NCBI GenBank assembly: GCA_963843145.1 | Contig: CAWJJC010000027.1 | Span: 421,829 to 485,828, forward strand | Direction: 5' to 3' | DNA length: 64,000 nucleotides | Source of the DNA: an uncultured delta proteobacterium | Lineage (GTDB): Bacteria > Desulfobacterota > RBG-13-43-22 | Part shown: in pieces, positions 27,594 to 37,562 of the stretch | How the letters are laid out: each line of letters begins with the position of its first letter | How positions within the stretch are numbered: position 1 is the first letter of the stretch | The notes under the pieces: generated by a model | What the model was told of the DNA's origin: nothing | Seen by the model: only the letters and a program-made list of their open reading frames with translations | The model's database searches: none | Position numbers and translations under genes: made by a program

Positions 27594-29242
27594 TAAAACT
27601 TTCTTTTTCTCCACATAGTAAATATCAATCCCAGACCCAAAAGACCGGAAATCAGGTACCCGATCACCCCCAAAACCGGAAAGCCGAAGAGCAGGGGTTT
27701 GACCCCGGTGGTGATAATCATGGACGATCCCACAATCAAGGCGGCGATAATTATTCCAAAGGTGACCCGGTTGCTGCTTCTTTCCAAGGTATTGTTCAGG
27801 CTGGTTAGCCCGGTATGCTTAAAGGTCAGGGTCAGGTCCCCTTTGTCCACCTTCCAGAAAAAGGCCTTCAGCCGGGCGGGAAGGTCGTGGAGCAGGTCAT
27901 AGAGGTCCCAGGCCTGGGACTGGAGGGATTCCGAAAGATGCTTTACCGACCAGCGCTCCTTGACCAGTTCAGCCAGCAAGGGCCGGGCTTCTTCTACGGT
28001 ATTGAACTCCGGAAACAGTTGTTTGCCCATCCCCTCCAGGGAGAGCAGGGCACGTCCCAGAAGGGCGAAATCAGACCGGAGCCGCAACCGATGGTCCTTG
28101 AGCAGCCCCATCAGGGAATAAATCAGTTCACCGACCTGGATCTCCTGCAAGGAGATTCCATAATAGGAATCCATCAAATCCAGGACGTCCCTTTCCAACC
28201 GTTGGAGATTTACGTCGGCGGGCATGTCGGCGGTCAGATGAGGGATCAACCGCAGGATGGTTTCACTGTCTTTTTCAACCAAAGCCAGAATCAAGTCGAC
28301 CAGGGTTCCGCGCAGCTCCTTGCTGATGCGACCGGTCATACCCCAATCCAGAAAACACAAACGGCCGTCGTCCATGACCAACAGGTTGCCCTGATGGGGA
28401 TCGGCGTGGAAATAGCCTTGACGTAGCATCTGATCCAGCATGATCTTGGCCCCGTTTCGAGCCAAGGTTTCCCGGCGGGCCTTATCCGGCGGCAACTGAT
28501 CCAGGCGAATCCCTTTCACCAGTTCCATGGTCAAGACAAAGGGGTTCGTGGCCTCCTCATAGACTTCGGGAAGGTACATCAAGTCCGGGAAGGTCAGGTT
28601 CTTTCGAAAGATTTTCATATTCCTGGCTTCCAGGGTAAAATCCAATTCTCGAACCAGGCTGAAACGTAATTCCTCTACCAGACCCGGGAAATCGTACATT
28701 TGGTAATTTTTCAGCTCATTGAGCTGCTCGGCAATGAAAGCCAAAATATCGAGGTCGGAATTAATCATCCGGCGGATACCCGGACGCTGCACCTTGACGG
28801 CCACCGGGCGGTCATCCCCCACTAACTTGGCCCGATGTACCTGGGCCAGGGAAGCCGATCCCAGCGGTTCCCAATCAAAATCGGCGAAGACTTCCTCCAT
28901 CGGCCGTTTCAGGGTTCGGGTCAGCAGGTTTTGGACTTCCGGGGTGGGTGAGGGGGGAACCTGATCCTGGAGTTTCTTCAATTCCAACAGCAGGGGACCC
29001 GGGATCAGGTCCGGACGCATACTGAGCACTTGGCCGAACTTGATAAAGGTAGGGCCCAATTCCTGAAAAACCAGCCGGATACGCTCATTGGTCGTCAGCG
29101 GAGTTTTAGTCCGGTTGATCCGCCTCAGAATAAAGGAACCGGGAAGGTCCAGACGGTGGACCACATCGTCGAAGCCGTATTTAAACAGGACCCAGACGAT
29201 TTTCTTAAAGCGGTTGAGGTTGCGGATGGATTTGATTTCCAT
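27593..29242 (-). CDS. ABC1/UbiB (AarF) family kinase-like protein
   Basis: ELGPTFIKFGQ, SASLAQVH, VAVKVQRP, FHADPHQGN, DWGM; C-terminal TM helices. Confidence 0.92.
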   Translation of the reverse strand: MEIKSIRNLNRFKKIVWVLFKYGFDDVVHRLDLPGSFILRRINRTKTPLTTNERIRLVFQELGPTFIKFGQVLSMRPDLIPGPLLLELKKLQDQVPPSPTPEVQNLLTRTLKRPMEEVFADFDWEPLGSASLAQVHRAKLVGDDRPVAVKVQRPGIRRMINSDLDILAFIAEQLNELKNYQMYDFPGLVEELRFSLVRELDFTLEARNMKIFRKNLTFPDLMYLPEVYEEATNPFVLTMELVKGIRLDQLPPDKARRETLARNGAKIMLDQMLRQGYFHADPHQGNLLVMDDGRLCFLDWGMTGRISKELRGTLVDLILALVEKDSETILRLIPHLTADMPADVNLQRLERDVLDLMDSYYGISLQEIQVGELIYSLMGLLKDHRLRLRSDFALLGRALLSLEGMGKQLFPEFNTVEEARPLLAELVKERWSVKHLSESLQSQAWDLYDLLHDLPARLKAFFWKVDKGDLTLTFKHTGLTSLNNTLERSSNRVTFGIIIAALIVGSSMIITTGVKPLLFGFPVLGVIGYLISGLLGLGLIFTMWRKRKF

Positions 29243-29268
29243 TTTCTTTTGTGCTAAGTAAAGGCCTC

Positions 29269-30426
29269 ATGATCAACGCGCTGCCCCCTTACCGGCTCAT
29301 TGAAACCCCCCAGGACCTGGAAAACCTGGGGCTGCGGTTAAATCAGGAAACCTCCGTGGCCCTGGATTTAGAGGGCGATTCCCTTTACCATTACCGGGAA
29401 AAAATCTGCCTGATCCAAATCGCCGCCGGGGATGATTTTTTTCTTATCGATCCTTTAATATTCTCCGACCTTTCCCCCTTGGCATTATTCCTTAATAATC
29501 CGAATATCCGAAAAATTCTTCACGGAGCGGATTATGATATTCGATCTCTTTACCGGGACTATCAGTTCCAAATCCATAATCTCTTTGATACGGAAAGCGC
29601 CGCTCGATTTCTGGGGCTCAAGGAAACCGGACTGGGGTCCCTCCTGAGCGCCCGGTTTCAAATCCAATTGGATAAACGTTTTCAAAAAACGGATTGGTCC
29701 AAGAGACCCCTGAGCGATCCCATGTTGTCCTATGCCGCGGCTGACGTGGCCTATTTGATCCCCCTGGCTCAATCCTTGATGGCGGATTTGGAAGCCTTGG
29801 GAAGACTCCCTTGGGTCCTGGAAGAAGGGGACCGCCTTTGTCGGGTCCGCTTCAATCCCCCCTATCAGGGACCGCTGTTCCTGCAGTTTAAAGGCGGACG
29901 GCGCCTGGATTCCCGTTCCTTGGGACTGCTGGAGAATCTGCTTCAATTTCGCAAGACCCTGGCTGAAAAACGGGACCGGCCTTTGTTCAAAATATTGGGG
30001 GCCGATGTCCTTAAAACCCTGGCCTTGGAGAAACCCCTAACCCTCGATCAATTAAAAGGCATTAAGGGCTTGAGCGCCAAACTAATCGATCGCCTGGGCG
30101 GGGAGCTGATTGAATGCCTGAAACAGGGACTGGCTCTTCCCGAAACCGATCTGCCCCGCTTCCCGCCGTCGATCCGGCACCAGGTTAAACCGGCCGTGGC
30201 CGCCAGGGTCAAGGCCCTCAAAGAGTGGCGGGAGAAGAAAGCCCGGGAATTGAATCTGGACCCGGGGGTCGTAATCAGCAATTCCCTGATCGATCAAATC
30301 GGAGAAAAACATCCGACCGGACCGGAAGACCTGGAGTTAATCCCGGAATTAAGACAGTGGCAACAGCAGGCCTTTGGCCCGGAAATCCTGCAAGCCCTCC
30401 ATGACAAACCGGCAAAAAGTCCCTAG
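29269..30426 (+). CDS. rnd: Ribonuclease D (DEDDy 3'-5' exonuclease plus HRDC domains)
   Basis: ALDLE, CLIQI, KILHGADYD, FDT, DWSKRPL, YAAADV. Confidence 0.9.
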   Translation: MINALPPYRLIETPQDLENLGLRLNQETSVALDLEGDSLYHYREKICLIQIAAGDDFFLIDPLIFSDLSPLALFLNNPNIRKILHGADYDIRSLYRDYQFQIHNLFDTESAARFLGLKETGLGSLLSARFQIQLDKRFQKTDWSKRPLSDPMLSYAAADVAYLIPLAQSLMADLEALGRLPWVLEEGDRLCRVRFNPPYQGPLFLQFKGGRRLDSRSLGLLENLLQFRKTLAEKRDRPLFKILGADVLKTLALEKPLTLDQLKGIKGLSAKLIDRLGGELIECLKQGLALPETDLPRFPPSIRHQVKPAVAARVKALKEWREKKARELNLDPGVVISNSLIDQIGEKHPTGPEDLELIPELRQWQQQAFGPEILQALHDKPAKSP

Positions 30427-30539
30427 GGCTGTCATTGCGAGAAGTGAAACGACGAAGCAATCCCTAAGAATCAAGCTACTTACCAAGGTGGGGATTGCTT
30501 CGCGGCGCTCGCAATGACAAGTTCTTCGACTTTTTGCGA
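30412..30539. repeat. Palindromic MITE-like element, same family as 24519..24647; provides the rnd stop codon
   Basis: gcaaaaagtc...gtcattgcgag...gaagcaatccc...gggattgcttc...ctcgcaatgac...gactttttgcga. Confidence 0.8.
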
Positions 30540-30551
30540 CTCCGTCATCCC

Positions 30552-31049
30552 TCAAAGAGCATATCCAGCCTGAAAAGCCTTAATATTCTGCTCTCGAAAT
30601 TTGGCCGGGGATAATCGTTCAATAGCCTCCTGATACTTTGATTTTTCCAAACCTAGCTTCGATTGCTTGGCCGAATAGCCCAAAAAGACCATATTCCCGG
30701 ATCGGGGCAGGCCCATCTTGCGGGCCAAGCCATCAGCGTCAATCATTCCTTTACCCTGGTCAGGCGAATTGATCACTTGGATGCCCTGATCCTTCAGGTA
30801 ATAGCCATAGGCCTGGGCTTCCTCGGGGGTCAGACCCAGTAGCACATCCGCCCGGCCCTGCTCGATGGCCGGGCTCAAGTATTTACCTATTTTCACCTGG
30901 GAAATGACCGACCCGCCGCGCATAGCCATGCCATGGGTTTCGGAAGAAATGACCGGTTGCCCGGATAGAAAAGCCGCCTCCACGATCACCCGGGTAACAA
31001 AGAGGACCCCCTGCCCACCCGTTCCAACGATCAAAATCTGTTTTTTCAT
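30552..31049 (-). CDS. iorB: Indolepyruvate:ferredoxin oxidoreductase beta subunit
   Basis: IVGTGGQGV, SETHGMAMRGGSV, NMVFLG, NIKAFQAG. Confidence 0.88.
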   Translation of the reverse strand: MKKQILIVGTGGQGVLFVTRVIVEAAFLSGQPVISSETHGMAMRGGSVISQVKIGKYLSPAIEQGRADVLLGLTPEEAQAYGYYLKDQGIQVINSPDQGKGMIDADGLARKMGLPRSGNMVFLGYSAKQSKLGLEKSKYQEAIERLSPAKFREQNIKAFQAGYAL

Positions 31050-32890
31050 GAGGCCTCCCGGAGAATATGTTTTTTAGGACAGACGGTTATGCAGGTCCCG
31101 CAGTTCGTGCAGAATTCCTCCAGGATTCGAGCCGGCTGTTTCTTCACTTCCTGGACGATCGCCGGACAATCAAACTGGGTAACGCAGAAACCGCAGCCGT
31201 CGCATTCCTCTTTATCGATCACGACGCGCCCTTTCGGCCTCTCCTGCGGGAGATGCCTTCCATAGACCATACAGGGATGCCTGGCGATAATTACGGCTAC
31301 ACCGTGGTTATCCCCCTGAATATAGGCGCCAGCCTTTTTCAGCACAGCGGTCATCTGCTGAAAATCATAGGGATCCACGACTTCGAGAAATTCCACCCCG
31401 CAGGCCCGCACCAGGGGTTCAAGAAGAATAGCCTCGGCCGGGCTGCCATCGGACAGGACCGGCAGGTTGGGGGCCGGCTGCCCGCCGGTCATGGCTACGG
31501 TGGAATTATCCAGGATAACCAGTATAAATTTGGCCTTTTGGTGCACCGCGTTGACCAGGGCCGGGAGGCCGGCATGAAAAAAGGTGGAATCGCCGATAGT
31601 GGCCACAATAGGCGGAACCTCTTGGCCCGAGGCGTTGTACCCCTGGTAAAGGCCGGCGGCAGTGGAGATGCTGGCCCCCATACACAAACAGGTATCCACC
31701 ACCCCCATATTGATCCCCAGGGTGTAGCAGCCGATGTCCCCGGGAAAGATCCCCTTGGGAAAGGTCTTTTTGATGGCCCAGAAGGCCGACCGATGGCCGC
31801 ACCCCGGGCAGAGAGAGGGTCGCCGCCCTTTGGGTTCAGGCAACGCCTCGACCTTTTTCTCCCAGCCCAAGAGCTCCGCCAGCACTCGGTGGATCACGTC
31901 GACCGTGAGTTCACCTTCGGCGGGGATCAAACCGTCCCGCCTTCCCCGGAGCCGGAGGCCGTCGGCCAGTTGCATCTCGATCAAGGGATAGGTTTCTTCC
32001 AGGACCAGCACCGTTTTAAATGGCTTCAGAAACCTCTTCATTTCCTTGACCGGAAGGGGGAAGGGTTGATCCACCTTAAACAAAGGAACCTGGCCCAGCA
32101 TTTTTTTATCCAAAAGAAGATCATGAACCAAGGCGTAGGGAACCCCCGAGGCCAGGATGGCCAGGGGTTTCTTTTCAGGGAGTTCCTTCCAGTTCTTGAG
32201 GACCGGATTCTCCTTGGCCAGGTCCTCGAGTTTTCGGTTCAACTCTTGATGTAGTTTAAAGCGAAAACCCGGGGTGGCCGCCCAGCGCCCGGGGTTCTTA
32301 TCAAAGGAAGCCTCCGGATTCGGTTCCGGGAGGGGATAGAGGGGGATGGGCTGCCGAGAGTGACAGACTCGGGTGGTGGGCCGCAATAATACCGGAAGGG
32401 CGTATTTCTCCGAAAGCGCCAGGGCCCGGGGAACCATTTCCTTGGCCTCCTGGGGTGAACTGGGATCAAAAACCGGGATCTTGGCAAAGAAGGCCTGGAA
32501 CCGACTGTCCTGTTCGGTCTGGGAGCTTTTCGGTCCCGGGTCATCCGCCGAGATGATCAGAAACCCGCCCTTGACCCCGATATAGGCGGCGCTCATCAGG
32601 GGATCCGAGGCCACGTTCAACCCCACCTGCTTCATGGAAACGGCCGCCCGGCGACCCAGGTAACTCTGGGCCAGGGCCTGTTCAAAGGCCACTTTTTCAT
32701 TGATCGCCCATTCGGCGAACAGGGACGCCTTTTCCTGTTTCTTGAAACGGATCACCGCTTCCAGAATCTCCGAAGCCGGGGTCCCGGGATAGGAGGTGGC
32801 GCATTGGACGCCCGACTCCAACAATCCCCTGGCCATGGCCTCATTGCCCATCATGACTATTTCACCGATTTTTTTCCTCTTAGCTGCCAT
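31046..32890 (-). CDS. iorA: Indolepyruvate:ferredoxin oxidoreductase alpha subunit
   Basis: GNEAMARG, YPGTPASE, MKQVGLNVA, LCPGCGHR, GDIGCY, IGDSTF, two C-terminal ferredoxin motifs. Confidence 0.92.
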   Translation of the reverse strand: MAAKRKKIGEIVMMGNEAMARGLLESGVQCATSYPGTPASEILEAVIRFKKQEKASLFAEWAINEKVAFEQALAQSYLGRRAAVSMKQVGLNVASDPLMSAAYIGVKGGFLIISADDPGPKSSQTEQDSRFQAFFAKIPVFDPSSPQEAKEMVPRALALSEKYALPVLLRPTTRVCHSRQPIPLYPLPEPNPEASFDKNPGRWAATPGFRFKLHQELNRKLEDLAKENPVLKNWKELPEKKPLAILASGVPYALVHDLLLDKKMLGQVPLFKVDQPFPLPVKEMKRFLKPFKTVLVLEETYPLIEMQLADGLRLRGRRDGLIPAEGELTVDVIHRVLAELLGWEKKVEALPEPKGRRPSLCPGCGHRSAFWAIKKTFPKGIFPGDIGCYTLGINMGVVDTCLCMGASISTAAGLYQGYNASGQEVPPIVATIGDSTFFHAGLPALVNAVHQKAKFILVILDNSTVAMTGGQPAPNLPVLSDGSPAEAILLEPLVRACGVEFLEVVDPYDFQQMTAVLKKAGAYIQGDNHGVAVIIARHPCMVYGRHLPQERPKGRVVIDKEECDGCGFCVTQFDCPAIVQEVKKQPARILEEFCTNCGTCITVCPKKHILREAS

Positions 32891-32913
32891 AGAAATTATC
32901 CCTTTCCCTAATA

Positions 32914-33921
32914 TTATAGAAAGTACTTTTCCGGCACAAAATCTTCCGGCCTGACGGACTCCAGGGTTATGGCCTCCACCGGACAAACCACTCGGCACAA
33001 ACCGCAGCCGATACACTTCTCCCCTTCCACCCGCGTCTGGCCCTCTTCATCGACCTGCAGCGCTCCAAAATAACACCGTTCCAAACAGGCCCCGCAGCCA
33101 GTGCATAGATCCATATCCACCCGGGCCTGAAAACGGCTGGGGTCGATCACCCGGATACCGCCTTTAATCAGAATGGGCATGGTCTGGCAGCAGCAGGGGC
33201 AGCAGTTGCAAATAAAGTGATCCACCTGGTGCTTGTTCATGGTCACATGGATCAGGCCCGCCTCTTCGGCCTCCCTTAAAATTTTCAGGGCCTCTTCCTT
33301 GCTGACTTCCCGGCCGGTTCCCCGGTCAATGCTGTACTGGGCGGCTCGGTTGACCTGCAGACAGGATTCCAGAGGCCGGTCGCATTTATGGGCCGTCAGC
33401 CGGCAGGTGCATTTGGTCACGGCCAACGTTTTGGCCTGGTCGATGATCTCCTGGACATTTTCATAACTCATAACCTGGGTGGAAGCCGGAACCGAGACGC
33501 CCACGGGGATCACCCGGGTAAAGGGCCGGGGCAGCAGGGCGCTGAAATTCTTGGCCATCTCCGGCCATTCGTTTTCCATGATGTCCTGCCATTGATCCAG
33601 AAAGGCCTGAGGGGCCTCCGGCCAAAGGATGGTGGCGTCGTGAAGCTGAACGAAATCGCGCCCCATACGCCAGGTGGGAGGATCGGTTTTCGGGCTGGGA
33701 AAAGCCAGACCCTTGATATAAAGGACCCGGATCATTTCATCCGCCACATCCAGCGGCAGACCCATTTTCCGGGCCAGATCAGCCGACTGGCCGGGCATGG
33801 CCAGCAGCAGACGGCCCTCCTCCTGATTGATGATCATCCCCATCAGCTTAAGAAATCGATCACTGGCCGGGACAAACATCTTTTCCAGGATCTGAACAAA
33901 CTCGGGAATTTTGCTTTCCAT
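32914..33921 (-). CDS. 4Fe-4S dicluster-domain iron-sulfur protein
   Basis: CTCR, ICNCCPCCC, CTGCGACLERC, CIGCGLCRVVCP. Confidence 0.85.
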   Translation of the reverse strand: MESKIPEFVQILEKMFVPASDRFLKLMGMIINQEEGRLLLAMPGQSADLARKMGLPLDVADEMIRVLYIKGLAFPSPKTDPPTWRMGRDFVQLHDATILWPEAPQAFLDQWQDIMENEWPEMAKNFSALLPRPFTRVIPVGVSVPASTQVMSYENVQEIIDQAKTLAVTKCTCRLTAHKCDRPLESCLQVNRAAQYSIDRGTGREVSKEEALKILREAEEAGLIHVTMNKHQVDHFICNCCPCCCQTMPILIKGGIRVIDPSRFQARVDMDLCTGCGACLERCYFGALQVDEEGQTRVEGEKCIGCGLCRVVCPVEAITLESVRPEDFVPEKYFL

Positions 33922-34148
33922 TAGACCTCCGAGATTATTTAATCGGATATATCCTCAGCCCCGGAACGTACAGTCGCAAAGCATGAGAATAGATTCTTCC
34001 ATTCATTGTTTTGAGAATTTGTCTCTTTATCTCTAACAATGGATGGAACTATCTAAATTAAAAGACGTTTTCTTTGAACCTATTAAAGTGCTTTTTATTA
34101 CAGCCAAAAATATTTCAAATATTTTTGGCTAGGGATTAACCCAGGCTC

Positions 34149-34236
34149 GTCATTCCGGACAAGCGAAGTGCGATCCGGAATCCAGGCCCCGGCTAAGCTT
34201 CGAAGGACCTGGATGCCGGATCGAGTCCGGCAGGAC
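34149..34236. repeat. Palindromic element (GTCATTCCGG...CCGGAATCCAG type)
   Basis: gtcattccggac...gatccggaatccagg...cctggatgccggatc...gtccggcaggac. Confidence 0.65.
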
Positions 34237-34289
34237 AGCAAAAACAAATGCCCAATCTGGTGCCTGATATTATTTTGCTATTAAGACGT

Positions 34290-35483
34290 TTAGAGCCCCG
34301 AAAGATCAAAACGGGAAAGCGGATCTTTTAACGCCTGGATATCCAGTTGCCCGTCAATGGCCTTCAGCAGCTTCACCCGTCCCTCCAGTTTTCCAAATAA
34401 TAGGACCCCGGCCAAATGATTATCCTTGACCACCAGTTTGCGATAGGTCCCGGCCTGGATATCTTTTTCCACAAACGATTCCAGCTTGCCGTCCGGATCG
34501 ATATCCCCGGTGGCCAGCAGATCAATACCCACCACCTTCAGTTGGTTGGAAAAGGTCGTTCCCTGATATTCAGCGTCCCCTCCGGCCATCACGGTTCCGG
34601 CCACCTCACCCTGCTGTTCGGCCGCCGGCCAGATACCGTAGACGGTCCCTCGGTGTTCAATCGAGTCCCCGGCGGCGTAGATTCCCGGCGACTCGGTTTC
34701 CATCCGATCCGTCACCGGGATCCCCTTGCCCACTTTGATCCCCAATTTTTGGGCCAACTCCATTTGGGGACGAACCCCGGCCGAAACAATAACCAGATCG
34801 GCGGGGATTTGGCGGCCGTCTTCGAGAACCAGTTCTCGGGCCGTTTCTTCCCCCAGAATTTCCTTGGAAACCACCCCCAAGTAAAATACAAAACCCATTT
34901 TCTCCAAACGGCCCCTCAGCAGCTCGGCGCAGGCCGGGTCGGTTTGCCGGGGCAGCAGCCTGGGGAAAAATTCGGCTACCGAAACGGTCAGCCCTGCCTT
35001 GCGCAGGCTGTTGCCGACCTCCAGTCCCAGGAGGCCTCCGCCGATCAGCAGAGCCTTTGATTTGTCCCGGGCATAGCTTTTGATGGACTCGGCATCCTGA
35101 ATGTTGCGCAGGGTGAAAACGCCTTTTTTTTCGACTCCCTTGATGGGCGGCAGAAAAGAAACGGCCCCGGTGGCCAGCAGCAGTTTATCGTAGGGGAACT
35201 TTTCTCCAGAGGGAGTCACCACCACCCGGGCGGCCGGATCAATTTCCGCCACCCGGCTGTTAAGCATTAATTGGATTTTGTTTTCCTCGTACCAGGCTTG
35301 ATTTTTGATCTGCAATTTGGGAAGATCCACCTCCCCGGCAATATACTCCATCAGCCGAATACGGCTGTAAAAAGGATAGGACTCCTCGGTGATCATCCGG
35401 ATTTCCCCGGTCGAATCGGTTTTCCGAATAGCCGCCGCCGCGGTAGTCCCGGCCACTCCATTGCCAATGATCACGTATTTCAT
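34290..35483 (-). CDS. FAD-dependent NAD(P)H oxidoreductase (NADH:rubredoxin oxidoreductase/NirB N-terminus-like)
   Basis: IIGNGVAG, LLLATG, IGGGLLGLE, IYAAGD. Confidence 0.88.
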   Translation of the reverse strand: MKYVIIGNGVAGTTAAAAIRKTDSTGEIRMITEESYPFYSRIRLMEYIAGEVDLPKLQIKNQAWYEENKIQLMLNSRVAEIDPAARVVVTPSGEKFPYDKLLLATGAVSFLPPIKGVEKKGVFTLRNIQDAESIKSYARDKSKALLIGGGLLGLEVGNSLRKAGLTVSVAEFFPRLLPRQTDPACAELLRGRLEKMGFVFYLGVVSKEILGEETARELVLEDGRQIPADLVIVSAGVRPQMELAQKLGIKVGKGIPVTDRMETESPGIYAAGDSIEHRGTVYGIWPAAEQQGEVAGTVMAGGDAEYQGTTFSNQLKVVGIDLLATGDIDPDGKLESFVEKDIQAGTYRKLVVKDNHLAGVLLFGKLEGRVKLLKAIDGQLDIQALKDPLSRFDLSGL

Positions 35484-35579
35484 ATACTCCTCCTTGGGGT
35501 CTGGATAATGTCATTTAGACTATGCTTTTGGTTTTTTTTTGTCAACACCCTTGCTTTCTTTCATGATAGAATTCACCTT

Positions 35580-36005
35580 ATGGAAACTAAAATTAGAGAT
35601 GCCATTTTTGATCAGGTGAAGAAGGAGCCCTTTGCCCGAAAGTTCGCTTTGACGCTGTCGGCGTTGGATGACGGCTATTCCCGGGTTGAGATGGCCTACA
35701 CGGCGGACATGAACAACATCTTCGGCCTGGCCCACGGGGGGGCGATCTTTGCCCTGATCGACGAAGCCTTTCAAACCGCCTGCAACTCCCACGGCACCCT
35801 GGCCGTAGCCTTGAACCTGAACATCACCTATATCGCCCCGGCCGTTTTAGGCCGTCGGTTGACCGCCGAAGCCCGGGAATACAGCCGTACCCGTAAAACC
35901 GCCAGCTACGAAATCAAAGTCACCGATGACCAGGGCAACCTGCTGGCCGTCTGCCAGGCCTTGGCTTATCGAAAAGGAATACCTTTGCCCTTTATGAACG
36001 AATGA
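35580..36005 (+). CDS. PaaI family hot-dog thioesterase
   Basis: NIFGLAHGGAIFALIDEAFQTACNS; ATG at 35580. Confidence 0.88.
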   Translation: METKIRDAIFDQVKKEPFARKFALTLSALDDGYSRVEMAYTADMNNIFGLAHGGAIFALIDEAFQTACNSHGTLAVALNLNITYIAPAVLGRRLTAEAREYSRTRKTASYEIKVTDDQGNLLAVCQALAYRKGIPLPFMNE

Positions 36006-36115
36006 GGGTTTACTATTAGCTTGATTATCCAAAATCGATCCACTAAATAACCAATGAGGAAGAACCGGCAAATACCAGGGGTCGGTACCCCAATATATTT
36101 AGAAAGGAGAGAAGG

Positions 36116-36445
36116 ATGATGAAAAAAATTGTTGTCTTATTGGCAGGAACGATGTTTGTATTAGGGTCAACCCTTTGCCTGGGACGTACTATCCCCAAAC
36201 AGGAACAGGACGCAACGATAGGCGGAATCCCTAAGCAGAATACCCTGCACGTTGGCGTGGAAGATAAAGATAAAAAAGACGCGCCTGCCGCTAAAACCGC
36301 CCCTAAAGCCCCGGCGGCTGCCGAACAAAAAGCCGTGACCGCGGAACCGCCCGCCCCGACGGATACCAAGGCTCCGGCCAAGGCTACTAAGAAGGCTACT
36401 AAAGGCAAAAAAACCAAGAAGACCAAGAAGACCAAGAAAAACTGA
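36116..36445 (+). CDS. Secreted low-complexity Lys/Ala/Pro-rich protein
   Basis: AGGAG RBS; signal peptide; tail KATKKATKGKKTKKTKKTKKN. Confidence 0.7.
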   Translation: MMKKIVVLLAGTMFVLGSTLCLGRTIPKQEQDATIGGIPKQNTLHVGVEDKDKKDAPAAKTAPKAPAAAEQKAVTAEPPAPTDTKAPAKATKKATKGKKTKKTKKTKKN

Positions 36446-36620
36446 TAACCAAGGAATCACCGACCCCCCTTGATGCCCTCCCTCTTTTACGGGGGAGGGT
36501 TCTCTTAAACCGGTACCAATAATTATTCCTATTTGACTTTTTTCTACCCAGTTCAGGACGCTTGAAACCCTCACCCCGCGTTTCTAATCAAATACTCTTA
36601 TCGATTCAGTTGGCCTGCGA

Positions 36621-36636
36621 AGGCACTAAACTTGCA
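36621..36636 (+). promoter_or_regulatory. Possible sigma54 (-24/-12) promoter upstream of the LysM-RlpA gene
   Basis: aGGCACtaaacTTGCA, GG-N10-GC spacing. Confidence 0.4.
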
Positions 36637-36805
36637 GAAATAAAAAGACGGCCACTAAACCTGAACAAGGTCAGCAAGACCTTCTTTTTTATTAACCATT
36701 CGATATAATTTTAAAAATACAATTTATGTCTCTCCGCCCCAGACCCAGAACGGGTGTCGGAAGTCAATAAATTGACAAATTAATAGAGAGGATAGGGTCA
36801 AACTG

Positions 36806-37429
36806 ATGGGGATAAATCCGGCAAAGCCTATTCCGGTGCAGGCGGAATTCAAAAACGGGGTGCAAATGTCCATTTCCAGAGGGGCGAAAGACTCCTTTTC
36901 GTCTTTATTGACTTCCCGGATGAAAGAAACGGGGGTAACCCCGGGCACTGAAAAGACCGAGGCCATCGAATACGAGGTTCGCCCCGGAGACAGCCTCTGG
37001 AAGATCGGGGTTCGCCTGTTCCATAAAGACCCTCAGCAGATTGCCCGCGACAACGGCCTGACCAACCCGGACATGATCCGGCCTGGACAGAAGTTGTTGA
37101 TTCATTTAGACCAAAAATGTGGGCACAACGAAGCCCGACCGGCTGAAAAGGTTACCGCGAGCTGGTACGGAAGGGAGCACCAAAACAAGATCACCGCCGG
37201 CGGCCGCCCCTTTGACGCCCACCAGAACACTGTGGCCCATCGGACCTTGCCCCTGGGAACAAAAGTACGTCTGATTAATCCGGAAAACGGTCACACGGCG
37301 GTCGGAAAAGTAGCGGACCGAGGCCCCTATATTCGGGGGCGGGATTTGGATGTCTCTCTGGCCCTGGCCCAAAAACTGGGTTTTGTCCGGAAAGGGGTGA
37401 CGGAACTGGAGATCCAGGTTATTTCTTAA
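36806..37429 (+). CDS. LysM plus RlpA (DPBB) lytic transglycosylase-like protein
   Basis: YEVRPGDSLWKI...IRPGQKL (LysM); ASWYG, AHRTLPLGT, DRGPY, DVS (RlpA). Confidence 0.88.
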   Translation: MGINPAKPIPVQAEFKNGVQMSISRGAKDSFSSLLTSRMKETGVTPGTEKTEAIEYEVRPGDSLWKIGVRLFHKDPQQIARDNGLTNPDMIRPGQKLLIHLDQKCGHNEARPAEKVTASWYGREHQNKITAGGRPFDAHQNTVAHRTLPLGTKVRLINPENGHTAVGKVADRGPYIRGRDLDVSLALAQKLGFVRKGVTELEIQVIS

Positions 37430-37442
37430 AGGCTATCCAAAC

Positions 37443-37479
37443 AAAAAGCCGTTCCGGAATGGAGCGGCTTTTTGTTTTT
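37443..37479. terminator. Bidirectional intrinsic terminator between the RlpA gene and metF
   Basis: AAAAAGCCGTTCC-ggaat-GGAGCGGCTTTTT. Confidence 0.8.
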
Positions 37480-37562
37480 ATTCTTTTGCCCAATGGCTAC
37501 CGCCAGGGTATTGGCTATTTTAAATTCTACACTTTACATTTAAATTTTGAATTTATGCTTTT

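Noticed and set aside
36640-36805. c-di-GMP or c-di-AMP riboswitch before the LysM-RlpA gene; ZTP/THF riboswitch before purH or fhs
   Set aside because: No conserved aptamer motifs recognised by eye; an Rfam cmscan would be needed.
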